In this document: piece after piece, positions 40,319 through 54,881 of the stretch | Layout: each line of letters opens with the position of its first letter | Position numbering within the stretch: the first letter of the stretch is position 1 | Assembly (NCBI GenBank): GCA_951406725.2 | Contig: OX597818.1 | Coordinates: forward strand, 62,558,001-62,622,000 | Source of the DNA: Octopus vulgaris | Taxonomy: Eukaryota | Length of the DNA: 64,000 nucleotides | Direction: 5' to 3' | Made by a program: the position numbers and the translations under genes | Notes under the pieces: model-generated | Database searches by the model: none | What the model saw: only the letters and a program-made list of their open reading frames with translations | What the model was told of the DNA's origin: nothing

Positions 40319-40568
40319 TTTTTTATTTTTTTATTTTTTTTATTTTTTGTACTTGTTTCAGTCATTTGACTGCGGCCATGCTGGAGCACCGCCTTTAGAG
40401 TGGTGAAAGAGTACAGCAGGGATCACCACATCCCGCCGGAGCCTCGTGGAGCTTTTAGGTGTTTTTTTTCGCTCAATAAACACACACAACGCCCGGTCTG
40501 GGAATCGAAACCGCGATCCTCCGACCGCAAGTCCGCTGCCCTAACCACTAGGCCATTGCGCCTCCACA
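40319..40568 (-). mobile_element. Chimeric SINE: family C head plus family D tail
   Basis: Minus strand GTGGAGGCGCAATGGCCTAGTGG...CTTTCACCACT joined to CTAAAGGCGGTGCTCCAGCATGGCCGCAGTCAAATGACTGAAACAAGT. Confidence 0.85.
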
Positions 40569-41869
40569 ACGCATATAACGCATGGAAAATATAACTTCCG
40601 GTAAAAAGAAACTGAAATCAGTTGATTAATATAACTAACGATTAAAACGCTTCAACTTATTCCAGGTTAGAAATCTTTACTATAACAGAATTAAATATTA
40701 CTTAATATATTAATTAATATATTAATATATTAATTAAATATTAACTGCTTAAATATTACTTACTATAACAGAATCAAGTATTACTTACAATTTCAAATAA
40801 GACAACTACACACTTGAAATACAACAACTTCACTATAAATCACAACAACAAAAACAACAACAATAACAACCAACGACAAAATGAATCAGAACTCACTGCC
40901 ATCAACATGTTATCATCTCGCCTATAACGTTCAGCAATCTGATCTTTTTATCAATCAACATCTTTTGAGTTATAGGCCCGTTATTTCCCTTCTTTGTAAT
41001 CCCATGCTCTTCAGTGGCCTGAAGCAATGTTTGAGACAAAGGCGTTAAAGAAAAATAGTTTTTGTGATTATTGGTTTATATAAATCTAATTGATCAATAA
41101 GAAAGCAGACCATTGAAGAGTAGGTTTATTTGAAGTCAATCACTCAACAACTTAACGCAAGTATAATCTATGTAAGCATAATTCCTTTATGAAAAATTTA
41201 GCCACATAGTTTAAATGATAAATTACAACACTTACTAAATGACAATTTAGTTAATATAAGCCGTTAAACATAAACAATATGGTCATTATCTTGAAACTGT
41301 ATCTTTGAAACTTTGGGAAATAGTTCTGATATGAATTATGTAGAAATAGCTTGGATATTCGAAGTAATTAAGTTACAAATATATGAGGAACAATCATAAA
41401 ATTTAACATCAAAGTATAAGAAGAGAAAAAAGAAAACAACACAGTTACGATGATGAAAGTATGAGTAAGTGATCTACTTTACGCTACTTGCTTTGAGACA
41501 GTTCAAGTTGTAAACACAGCGAATGTGAATTCTCCAAGATATTCTTATATTCGTAGAAGAATAATTCATACTGATTAGAAGTTTGATAAAATTCAAACAA
41601 AACCCTGAATTCCTGTCTCAGTTGTAATATCTTTCAGGTTATCAAGTGAAATATCTCACGAGCAAAATAAAAAAAAATCCAGCAGAGGTAAAACGGTTGG
41701 AGATCATAAAACATAAATCAGGAAAAATTCAACACACACACACACACATACACACAAACACACAAACAATCACACGCGCATATGAAAATATTTTCCAGGG
41801 CAGATGTATATTAATGCATTTAGATAAGCACGTATATACAGACACAGAGACACACACACACAAACACAC

Positions 41870-41959
41870 ACCAACATGTATATATATAATATACTATATA
41901 TATGCATACGTACGTATCTATATATGTATGCATATATGTATGTTTATATATATATATAT

Positions 41960-42032
<73 letters not shown>

Positions 42033-42363
42033 CACATGCCCACACACAGGCATATGTATTCGAAGTGAAACTGTTTTCAGATAGTGTGTGCATTCTTAAG
42101 AAGTCGGAAGAAAGTCATCTTTTCAATTATTATCGTTCTGTTACCCATGAAGATTTCGGAAAAGTCATCCGAACTTTAAACAGATAAATAATATACTTCT
42201 CCCTCCTCTTCTTTTTCTGCTGCTGCTGCTGATAATGAAAACGAAAGTAACAGAACAAAATGGGAAAATAAATTAAAACAATTGTACAACTGAACTAGTT
42301 TCCAGCTTGTATATTCTTTGAAAGCCTATATATTCTAGCTGAACATCGCATGTATACATACAC

Positions 42364-42447
<84 letters not shown>

Positions 42448-42576
42448 ATATATATAATGATCGATGATTATGTCATGAAAGGGCCAGTAAAGGATGTTGA
42501 GAATGCATTTATCAACATAATCTAGAAATGAATATATATATACTCACACACACTTATAGGCTCATATGTACGCGCG

Positions 42577-42612
<36 letters not shown>

Positions 42613-42741
42613 AATATGTGTGTGTATATATATTTATATATATATATATATATATATAAATATGTGTGTGTATATATATATTCATATATATATATATATG
42701 TATATATAGGTATATATATATATAAGTGTGTATATATGTAA

Positions 42742-42800
<59 letters not shown>

Positions 42801-43172
42801 GATAATGTATGTATATATTCAATTATATATACTCGTCTTCATTCATCTCTACATTTGCAGAAGGTTTTTTTTTTTCTTAAATACTTGTGTTTCCGCAACA
42901 ACTGGAAAAAAAGTGATATTTTCAATTACATTCGTTCGGTTACCCATGAAGATTTGAGAATAGTCATCTGAACTTTAACTAGGTAAATATTCTTTTGTTG
43001 ATAATGAAAAAAAAACCATCCACAAAAACTACAAAGCATGAAAGTAAAAAAAAAACTTACGAAAATGAAATAATATAATCGTACAAGTGAACTAGTTTCC
43101 AAGGAACTATTTCTCAGAAAACCTATATACATTCTCTCTCCCAACGATTATTATTATTATAAATATTATTAC

Positions 43173-43209
<37 letters not shown>

Positions 43210-43231
43210 ATTATTATCATCATCATCATCA

Positions 43232-43326
<95 letters not shown>

Positions 43327-43692
43327 TATAGAAGTAATAATAATAATAATAATATTAATAATAATAATAATAATAATATTAATAATAATAATAATAATAC
43401 TGATAATAATAATAATAAAAATAAAGACATTCATAATAATACTATTACTTATAACGATGATGATAGTAATGATGATGATAATAATGGTGATGATGAATAT
43501 GTTAATAACAACAATAATAATGATAGTGAAAACAACAGTTATAATAATAATGATAATAATAATATTGAAGCTTGATGATTATGCAATCAAAGAGGTAGGA
43601 AAAATGTGAATGCATTTTAACACTATATACACTCATACGTATATACGTATAATTTATATATATATGTATATATATATATATGTATGCATGTA

Positions 43693-43745
<53 letters not shown>

Positions 43746-43841
43746 ATATATATGTATATATATATATATATATAATTATATATATAAATATAAATATATA
43801 TATATATGTATATATATAAACCTGCATAAGTTTATCTGTAC

Positions 43842-43891
<50 letters not shown>

Positions 43892-43896
43892 CTATG

Positions 43897-43950
<54 letters not shown>

Positions 43951-44411
43951 CATATGTACATATACACATAAATATATATGTATGTATGCACGTATGGAAT
44001 ATGGAAACAATGCATAAAACATCTACAAACAATCGTAAACAACAAAAGACAACAGGGGAGTCTGAAAAGATAAAAAAAAGTAAAAAAAAAGGTTATAAAA
44101 AATGATGTAAAAGACAGGAAAAAAATGGTAAACGGAAAAAAATATAGGAACCGGAACAAGAAAAAGAGAAATATGAAATGTGTACGCTGTAAGATAAGAA
44201 AGAGTCGTAGAGAATTTTGTATACGAAGCTAAACATAAACTACATGAAATATTATTGATTCCATGGTTTGAGTTTTGAGTAAACGGATGTGGAAAATACT
44301 CTTTGAAAATTGTCTACTGCTTGGTTGCATCCAAAAATGTTAAAATGAAATACGAAGTAACAAAATATAAAATAGATATAAAAAGAAAGAAGCAAAAGAA
44401 AGTGAAGCATG

Positions 44412-44442
<31 letters not shown>

Positions 44443-44736
44443 TATGTATATATATATGTATATATTTATATACAAACATATAGTGACACAGTCATATATA
44501 TATATGACACACTTATACGAATACATATGTATGTATATAAATACATATATACACTAAATATATATGTGTGTTTATATATACACATAAACATATACATATT
44601 TATATATATATATTTATGTATACACATATACATACATATATATTGCGTGCGTGTGTGCGCGTGCATGTATGTATACTTGCACCTACATATATACATGTAG
44701 ACGTACACCACAAACACATATATATATGTATGTAAA

Positions 44737-44791
<55 letters not shown>

Positions 44792-45010
44792 GTATATATA
44801 CTTGTGTGTGTGTGTGTGTGTGTGTTCGTATAGAAAGAGATTAGCAAACAGAGAGACAGTCAGAGATAAAGATAGAAGGAAATCAAAGAGAGTTTAGGAA
44901 AGAGACTTTGGGAGGGAGACTGAAAAATTTATTTGATTGTTATTAGCAGTACATTCTATCGCAGACACACATATGTGTGCATATCTCCTTATCCACATCT
45001 ACACACACAG

Positions 45011-45082
<72 letters not shown>

Positions 45083-45205
45083 GCACGCATAGGAATGCAC
45101 ACATACATATAACTATAGGAATACATGGACCGATTCATACATACAAGCAGGTTCACGTATTTACTTATTCACAGATACAGATATTTAAATGCTAACACAT
45201 GCACT

Positions 45206-45267
<62 letters not shown>

Positions 45268-45322
45268 TAGAGAGATAGATATGAATATATATACAAACAT
45301 ATATATGTGTGTGTGTTATATA

Positions 45323-45376
<54 letters not shown>

Positions 45377-45582
45377 CACACATATAAATACACATACACT
45401 ACACAAGCATATTTACATACATAAGTCACCGTCACTTATGCACACACACACGCACGCATGTATATGTGAGTTTTTGTGAGTCTGTTAATAGTTTATATGC
45501 ATACATATACAATATGTGTGTATATATATACACATATATAAAAATACACACATTCTTGGACAAGCGCATGTTTAGGTGTATT

Positions 45583-45615
<33 letters not shown>

Positions 45616-45919
45616 TGCGTGCGCGTGTGTGTGTACATGTATGCATACTTGCACCTACATATACACATGTAGACATGCCCTACAAACACATACACTCGCA
45701 GCTGTGTTGTTCTCGATATATCTATGCATATACTTACGTATCAACCCGTATACTGATATACATAGAAAGAGGTAAACATTTTAGTACTAAAATACACACG
45801 GATATAAACAAATAACAGATAAATATAAGAGAACCAGCAGACTATGGAAGGTTATAATACATAAAAAATATGGACATATAATGTGGACATGTGCAGAAGC
45901 AAGAGTATAGTTAAGAGTG

Positions 45920-45976
<57 letters not shown>

Positions 45977-45981
45977 CATAC

Positions 45982-46060
<79 letters not shown>
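41870..46060. repeat. Extended microsatellite field ((TA)n, (TTA)n, (CA)n, (GATA)n, (GA)n) with short unique islands
   Basis: Direct reading. Confidence 0.85.
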
Positions 46061-47227
46061 TGTGGGTGGTAACGAAATGAGCAGACAGACAGAACGGAGA
46101 GGATGCTAGATTAGTTAGTCTTATAGTGAAAGACAGAGAAGGAGAAAAAATATTTTATTGTATGATACACAAGAGAACAAAGCATTTAATATTTCCAGTT
46201 AGCAAGTTAGCTTTTAACCTGGTCGGTGTCTTCGTGCGGGTTTTAGGTTATACACTGTATTAACATCAAAGACAAATCTAAAGAGATATATTGTACAACT
46301 GCAGTTCATAAAAAATGCATAACATGATATGCAAGCTGCTCTTAGGTTTGAAGAATTTATTTAAAGCATTAACGACAATTGTTTATGGGGGAAATATATT
46401 TTTAACAAAATAATATCGCTAGATGTGTTCATTATACATTTTATTGAATTTTGTTTTTTACATTTCAAACAGTATCAAACCCTTTATGTCTGGAGTTGTA
46501 GGTAAAATGAAGCGACTCAATCGCAATATAACGTTAGTTCTTACAAATTCTGTTTTTATTAACACCTGACGGGGAAAAGTTACATAAGCTCAGAAATGCA
46601 AGCGAGTATTTTATTTATCGGAAGCAAGGATGAGATTTAGATGTAATCGATAAGACATTTCCTTATCAGAGCTATCCATTAAAATGTGATTATCTGTATT
46701 GATTTTCAGGGAAGAGAGATATTCATAATCTAGGAAAGATGCATTGGAAAGCTACAAAGTGGCCTCCTTAGACCTATGCAAGAATCCAACTTAAGCATGA
46801 GAAACACTTGTAAATTATAGCTTTCACAATATTTGTTTTTTTACTCTAGATGCATGCTTTTCCCCATAAAAATATATGAACAGGTTGAGAGAGGCATATT
46901 GATGCTTTGTTAACAGCACAGGAAAATGTTGATGACGATGAGTGGATCCTCAAACGTTTTGCTCGATAAACACAAACCATAAAACTGCTCTGCAGGAAAT
47001 GACTTTCTTTAAAGAATTTAACCTGTCATTTTACCATAGCATAATGAACAACCAGGGAATATCTATTAGATTGATCGAACTGCTAGAAATTGCAGTTAAA
47101 TTGCCGTGAAATTACTCTTTACTTTCCAGAAAAAAAGACGTTTCCGAGAATGCAAGCTTACGTATCCCTCCACAAACGCATACATATATATATATATATA
47201 TATATAGAAATTCGGGGTGAGTACTTG

Positions 47228-47267
<40 letters not shown>

Positions 47268-47280
47268 GTGTGTGTATGTT

Positions 47281-47318
<38 letters not shown>

Positions 47319-47680
47319 TATGAAACAATTGTATGGTTCTGATTATAACACATTTAGTTAGAGAGCTTTTCGACCAGAGTTGATCTAACATTGTGGTTTG
47401 CGAATCACTTTCCAAGACCCTCAAACGTTAACAAATAAAACTAGAAATTTAAATTATGAAGTACTTTTCTAATTGTAATTGTGTGCTTTGTTTTTCCGTT
47501 CTCACATTATAATTTCTGTTCCCACAGTCTAATATAACATATATGACACACTCAGCCATTTATGTGAGTATATTGGGGATATAACAACAAGTAGACATGG
47601 AACAGCAATGGAATATACACAGGTAAGGCTAAACCGCTTGATAACGCCGAACGAGCAGTTTATATTCTATTTATCTGTTA

Positions 47681-47893
<213 letters not shown>

Positions 47894-48362
47894 CCTGTCC
47901 GTCTGTCTGTCTGTCGTCGTATCTATCTATATGCATGTATATCTATGTATTTCGTTGTAGGCCAAAGTCATGTACTTAGATTACGGAAAATTTACATAAT
48001 TACTCTGCACGGCAACTTGGGCGGCAAGTGTCTTTTGATATCGCTCCGGGTCAACCAATGGTTTGTGAAGGAATTTAATAGACGGAAACTGTATGGCAGC
48101 TCGCCAGGTGTGTGTGTATGTGTGTGTAAGTATGTGAGTGTGTGTGTGTACGTATGTCTGCGAGTGCATATACTTGTGTTTGACCAAACTCAATTTGGCA
48201 ACAGATTTGAGCTTGTTTACGTCTCCGTAAATAAGTGGATGCCAAAAGATGCTAATGGAGGAAACTTCCGACTTAATGAAATATTTCCTGGTGTCAATTT
48301 GATCGAGTGAAATCCTTGGAAGCAAATTTAAGAATAAAAGAGCAGTATTTTTAATTTCAGAA

Positions 48363-48572
48363 AGGCAACGAGCTGGTGGAATGGTTAGCGTGCCGGGCAA
48401 AATGCTTAGCGGCATTTCACCCCTCGTTAATGTCTGAGTTTAAATTCCACCGAGGTCAACTTTGCTTTTCAGTCTTTCGGGGTCAATAAAATATGTACCA
48501 GTGGAACACTGGGGCCTCGATATAATCGAGCTACCTAGAAATATTGGGTCTCGTGCCAGAATATGAAACCAA
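48363..48572 (+). mobile_element. Family A-related SINE
   Basis: GGCAACGAGCTGGTGGAATGGTTAGCGTGCCGGGC...GTCAACTTTGCTTTTCAG...GAAACCAA. Confidence 0.8.
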
Positions 48573-48581
48573 TATTTTAGT

Positions 48582-49090
48582 GTAAAGATTACTTGCCAAC
48601 ATAACATGGCAGTCCTGGTTTAGGACGAATGTTGCTGTAATTTAGCCCCAGGAGACATCGTCTCTAGGTGGCTATACGACACGATTTCCAAAGTACTGTT
48701 GCTGAATATCTCTGGTTTGCAGATTTACAAATAGTAATTTTCTAATTTATAGATCAGTGACTTGTTGTCACTTTGAAAACTATATATTTCGAACTGGAAT
48801 TTGGCAGCGCCACCTCCAGCCGAGCAATTATTTTGTGCTGATGAAGGGAAATAACTCGGAAATCGCGATACACAGACATTTTTTTGAGCTGAGTTGGGGT
48901 GCTAGATTCTCTTGTTCGAAAATATAAGGACACAGATCGTGTCTTATAGCCAGCAGGTGACGATATCTCCTGGGGGACAAATTACAGTGACATTCGTCAT
49001 AAACCAGGACTGCCATGTTGGCGAATAATCTTTACTCCAAAGTACCGTTGCTGAATATCTCTCGTTGAGAGATTTAAAATTAGTAATTTT
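48582..49090 (+). mobile_element. Non-coding Penelope-like insertion: inverted 5' segment, pseudo-LTR and partial tandem tail
   Basis: 48582-48685 is an inverted copy of 48936-49035; 48687-48745 is directly repeated at 49036-49090. 13 bp TSD CCAATATTTTAGT at 48569-48581 and 49091-49103. Confidence 0.8.
48833..48875 (+). ncRNA. Minimal type I hammerhead ribozyme motif
   Basis: TTGTG-CTGATGA-A-GGG-AAATAA-CTC-G-GAAA-TCGCGA-TA-CACAG: intact CUGAUGA and GAAA boxes, stem I TTGTG/CACAG, palindromic stem III ATCGCGAT, weak stem II. Confidence 0.7.
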
Positions 49091-49979
49091 CCAATATTTT
49101 AGTTTCAATTCTATTTTAAATTTTTGCGATTTTTTTATATCATCTTTTGAAAGGCTGGGGCCGAAAATTTCGAGTGAATCATTCGTAATTCCAGATTCAA
49201 ATGGAGACTGAAGTAATGTCAGATAGCAATGCATTCGAGATACAATGAATTGCTTTGGTTTTATAATATGGTAGAGGAAGAGAATATTCAACATTTAAAA
49301 AATTTGCCAGAAAAGCCGTTTAAAGTTTTTGATAATATAAAATTTGTTTACACCCAAGAATCGGAATACGTAATTACACATATATACGCATACATATAAA
49401 CATATATATATAGAGAGATAGATAGATAGATACAGCAGTTGTAGACAGTCGTACACAAATAAATATATACACGAAGTTTTGACTTTTTCCTCGTTGGTCG
49501 ACGGTGTGGCAGAGGTGAATTTAACCATTTCTTTTTCTCCGGGCTGTTTCCAGAAGCTAATGCCTAACTCCAAGTGCACCTACCACCTTTCCACTCATGG
49601 ATGCACCATGAAATAAATATATGTGAATACTTTTGCAGATTCCGTACCGAACATTGATTAAGTTAAACCGTAACATGAACCGTGCATAAGCAAGCACAAA
49701 TACGATAAAGGCATATATGTGTTGACGAATACACGTTCAAATTGATATTGTGTTGCGTATAATGCCACAAAGATTGGTCACTAGATAGTGGTCAGACATG
49801 AGAAATGTGGAGGAGAATTAAACCGTGTATAAAAATCATGTAATAGAAAATGGCTTAAAAATATCTTTTTAATATTGGCCTAAGTAATGTTTAAGTGAAC
49901 TGAACTCGCGCGATTTGCAGTATTAGCCGACCTCTATAAGAACAGACATTAGAAATCGTTCGGTACTACGTCGAAAAAA

Positions 49980-50210
49980 GGCGGCGCGCTGGCAGAATTG
50001 TTAGCATGCCGGACGAAATGCTTAGCAGTATTTCGTCTGCCGCTACGTTCTGAGTTCAAATTCTGCCGAGGTCGACTTTGCCTTTCATCCTTTCGGGGTC
50101 GATTAAATAAGTAACAGTTACGCACTGGGGTCGATATAATCGACTTAATCCGTTTCTCTGTCCTTGTTTGTCCTCTCTGTGTTTAGCCCCTTGTGGGCAG
50201 TAAAGAAATA
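49980..50210 (+). mobile_element. SINE family A monomer
   Basis: Complete head and body ending AAAGAAATA. TSD GGTACTACGTCG at 49962-49973 and 50211-50222. Confidence 0.92.
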
Positions 50211-52669
50211 GGTACTACGTCGGATACTGAACTCGAGTTTAACTCATGTTTCGAAAGAATCTAAATACATCGCAGATGAAATAAAAGTAAATCGTTTAGA
50301 GACACGACGTACTTAAAGCGACAGACAGACAAAAATAGATAGATTGATGGAGTGAGAGACTGTTTGATAATTGCAAATTATATACGAAAATATGTCAAGT
50401 ATACTATATACGAAAACGTAAACGCCAAATTTAATGAAATATAGCTGTGTTTAGATGTGGCAGTATGAAATATTTCAGATAGTACAGATATGCATATTTA
50501 TAGATTATAATCAAAATCAGTGGTATCCATGTGTATCTGTTGCTTCTCTCTATTTAACATTTAGAAAGCCATTAACCAAAGAAGACCTACATCTCTATCT
50601 CGTTTGAATCGATAATAATTAATCACACATTGTCGTTACAATGCACTCTGCTTCAGACATCGAGAGCATCTCTGTATTACAGACTACATGAAATAAATAT
50701 TTACTACAAAGTGTTTGGATGCAGATTTGAGAAAGCAAGCAACTGAATGCCGTTACAGATTTCACATTATTCTGCATGTCACGAACATGAAGTCTACCGT
50801 TACGCTAAGCTATGGAAGGAAATCGAAAACATAACTCAAATCTTCAACACAATGAAACTGGTTCGATTGTTACGTTTTAAACAAGCTTAAATATGGAACG
50901 ACACCAGAGACATAATGAAAATCATTAACATAATGAAACAGGTTTTAGTTGTTACAATTTCAGCGCCTTTAATATGTTCAGAATTTGTAACATAATGAAA
51001 TAAAGATTTACAAATCTGTGACGAAATAACAACATTTATTAAACGTGGATTTCTATAGGTCCCGCTTGTAAGAGATTACTAATCTTTCAAGTTTTATTTG
51101 ATAATGATAATTTTTCGAGTTAAATAACATAATCCATGCTTCAGAAAAAAAAACAACAACTTATTCGAGAAGAGTACGAAGAAAAGTAAAGCTTCTAAAT
51201 ATGTTTGGAAAGGGCATATTTAAAATAAAAGCTGCTCCGAACGAACTTCGCACGCATTCTTCCTTTGTTCTCTCAGCGCATAAATGCAAACACAGACAGA
51301 AATAGTTTTCGTGGAATCATATTTTGAAATTGATATCAACTTTTGAATATTGAACGCTGCCGGCAGGAAATACTGTAAACAACTGTGTTGCGATGCTTAA
51401 TATTATTAAATAATAGGAACACAAAGAAACTAAGAAATCTTTAATGTTGAGTGCAATATTAAAAATAAAACACTTTCTCTTGGGGAAGGGAATCAGGTAA
51501 CATTATTTAATGCCGCAAACTTTCATGCACACGCAACGGTTTGCACTGGCATCCATTGGTTCACACCAACATACAACAACCTAACATCATACGCTGGAAC
51601 AAAATAAAAATACAATAACAAAATTTACAAACTGGAATTTACTACTAAATCTACCATTTCTCAATTACAGTTCCACATAGACACTAGTAGCGCTACTATT
51701 TACCATACGCATGATTTCCGAGCAGAAATCAAAGAGACGAAATACCTTATCACATATTGAATCTTGTATTCACAGACACCATTTAAATATATTCGTTTTT
51801 CTTCCATTAACAAGAGGATCATGTTGCTTATGAAATCGATTTTTCGGGATTGTATTTAGGCCTGGGGCCTTGTATTGGACATTGGAGCTGCGTTCACTAT
51901 CTTATTCCAGGAAATTTGATGCAATTTGTGTTAGCTCTTATGAACATCAAATGATATATTTTCTTTTTTTTATGTTGAATTTTTCGTATAGTTTTTAGTA
52001 GTTTAAAGAACCTCTTCACATCTTTTCATGTATTGCTAAATTCATGTAATAGAAGATGAGAAAACGCTGTGTGATTAATTTCCATATATACAAATATTTA
52101 ACAAAATCTCTAAGAACTGGAATCAATTTTTACAAATCACAAAGCCTCTGAGAATCAGATTTTGAAGAAGAGTCCTCAATGCTAATTTACTTTTCCTGTT
52201 GGCTGTTTACCTATCCTTTCGCGTTAGTTTAAATTACGTTTATATATAATGCACCCATTTCTCGTTGATTCTGATTTACTCGTAAATAAATCCTAATCGT
52301 TCTGAAATTTAATCGTTCTGATATTGCACGAATTTAGATAAATAACAATTACGTCAAGGATAATTAATAATAATAATTTGTTAATACATATTTATCATTC
52401 GATAGATGTTCTATTGAATCAATAAAATAACTCATAGAAATAAATCAGTCAATTAAAATTAATGTATGGATACACAAGCTCATATGCACACTTATATACA
52501 CGGAAGCACGCAGTGACATACATACGTACGTAGTCCGTACTTACATAAATATATACAGGCACATACATATCATTTATACATACACACACACACTTATATG
52601 TACATATTAGGAATTTCAAAAGTGTTCACGTTCAGGTTTCAACCATATCATAGCCCTCTTCTATATATT

Positions 52670-52973
52670 GTGGTTGTTCCTTCTCGAGCCATGCCGGGCT
52701 CATAAGGGCCGGTTTCCCGGTTTCTTGGCGTATAGGTTTCCCACCTGGACGGGACGCCAGTCCGTCGCAGGTGAGCTGCAAGACACAGGTGGAAAGAGCG
52801 AGAGAAAGTTGTGGCGAAAGAGTCAGCAGAAGTTTCGCCATTACCTTGTGCCGGAGTTGCGTGGAGCTTAGGTGTTTCGCTCATAAACACAAGTATCGCC
52901 CGGTCTGAGATTCGAATCCGCGATCCCTCGACCGCGAGTCCGCTGCTCTAACCACTAGGCCATGTGCCTCCAC
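52670..52973 (-). mobile_element. SINE family C
   Basis: tRNA head and a CTGCGACGGACTGGCGTCCCGTCCAGG body. TSD CTTCTATATATT at 52658-52669 and 52974-52985. Confidence 0.9.
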
Positions 52974-54337
52974 CTTCTATATATTACATCATAACTAATC
53001 GCTATAGATTTCCTTCTAATCGTATTACTATTGATATTGCCTATGTTTGCAGTAAATAGTGGAACTGTTTGCATAGATTTACTCTTCATTAATTTGGTTC
53101 TCGTTAATATTTACTGGTCACATGATAACCACTTAAATGTTGAAAATTAGTGTATCGTTATGATAGATAACGAGGCATTGTTGACAATTATATGTCATCT
53201 ATTACACACTACGTTGATTTATGGCAGAATTAAGCCGTTTAATATTAAAACAAACTAGATGGAAGAATTTAGTGTAAGTTAGAGTGATAATTATAAACAC
53301 GCCAGTTTATATCACAGAATCCAGACTGGCAACAAATTAATCAGGTGAATGTCAATATATTTATTCGACTGGTTCGAAGAAACTTGAAAATATTTTGAAA
53401 TTATTTCTGTTTCCGAATATGAATGAGAGGCACACGCCACTGAAGCAAGATTTATTTAATTACACAAAACAATAAAACTTTATTTTTTTATTACAGTTTT
53501 ATTGCTTCATGAAAGGAGGATAGATAACACCGATGGCATTGCATTAGTTTCTTCGAGGATGGTGAGAGAAAGAGAAAGAATTTATCCTCGAACCGACTAG
53601 AAACCTGGCACTAAAACTTGCATCGGAATGGATCCGCCATAGATATTTAAGAATCAGTTGGTAATGATGTATGAGGCAATGAAATATGTCTACCAGCCAA
53701 AAAAAGGGCTTCCAAACTTCCAGGGCTTTCACTCAGTTTCCCTCTCGAAAATTTCAGTTACAAGGGTTTTGACCGATTCGAAGTTATGTTAGACGACACT
53801 TGTCCAGGTTACTAAAATGTGGAATCGAACCTGAGATGATGCAGTTGAGAAGTGAACACATTATCCTCAAGCATACCTTCATTAGCTATTAATAAAATAC
53901 AGAAGCAAATAAAGAAGAAAAAAATCATTCTAAATTTAGCAGATGGCCAGCGATTTTCCGGGAAGATTTCGTAGAGTTTTTAAGATAATTTGAATAAAGA
54001 ATGAAAGACAAACGTATGAAAGCGATTTGAACAGATTAGTTGACAGTTTCGAACTTAGTGAGGTGTAAGAGAGTTTATTCTTATAGGGTAATTGTGACAG
54101 AAGAATTTTGTCAGTCACGCATGCGCTCTGTTACATCTTTCGAGAATATGTCTCTCTGTCATCTACGTTGACTAGATTTATTATAAAATTCTAAGATGGA
54201 GACTAATTTTGACCAATTGAGAATTGTTAACATTTTCAGAACCGCGATACATATTTTGTCTCAATAAGAGAAGTAATTTTTTGTCTAAAGTGTTACAACT
54301 ATTGTAGACATATGACCGCTACGAATGATGTGGAGGC

Positions 54338-54640
54338 AGTTCTATGTTTAAAAGATGAGGAATTATGTACATTATTTACATTATTTATATTTGACGGATA
54401 TCTGTCTTCATATTGCTTGTTGTTAACACAATGTTTCGTCTGATATACCCTCCGGCCTTCATCAGGAGGCTTGGGGAAATAACATCGAAAAATACCTTAG
54501 GAATGAGAAACCATTCGAAATTTCCCCAAGACATCTGAAGAAATCTCGGAGGAATATCAGCCGAAACGTTTTGTTAACAACGAACAAGATGAGGACAAAT
54601 ATCTGTCAAATGTAAATAATGTAAATACTGTAAATAATGT
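54338..54640. mobile_element. Inverted pair of family H Penelope-type segments, each with a hammerhead motif
   Basis: Left arm (minus, 54338-54480): CTGATGA-AGGCCG...CAGAC-GAAAC. Right arm (plus, 54481-54640): AAGACAT-CTGAAGA...CAGCC-GAAACGTT-TTGTT, then (AATGTAAAT)n. Confidence 0.8.
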
Positions 54641-54881
54641 GAGTTGTGTGGAATCTCACTTTTGTGATGGCCTGCAATCAGTTCCCATACTAAATATGAT
54701 AATATCACATACAATTTGTATGATGACGTATATAATACTGGAGGCTAACAATTCATATTCTATCTATTTCGATCCACTGGAAGCGTTTTAAAGAGCTCGA
54801 GCTCTCTATGTTATAAGAAACCTCTCATTTCACACATCCGTTGGCATGAAATGCCATACGTTCTAAGAAATGTATCTATAA

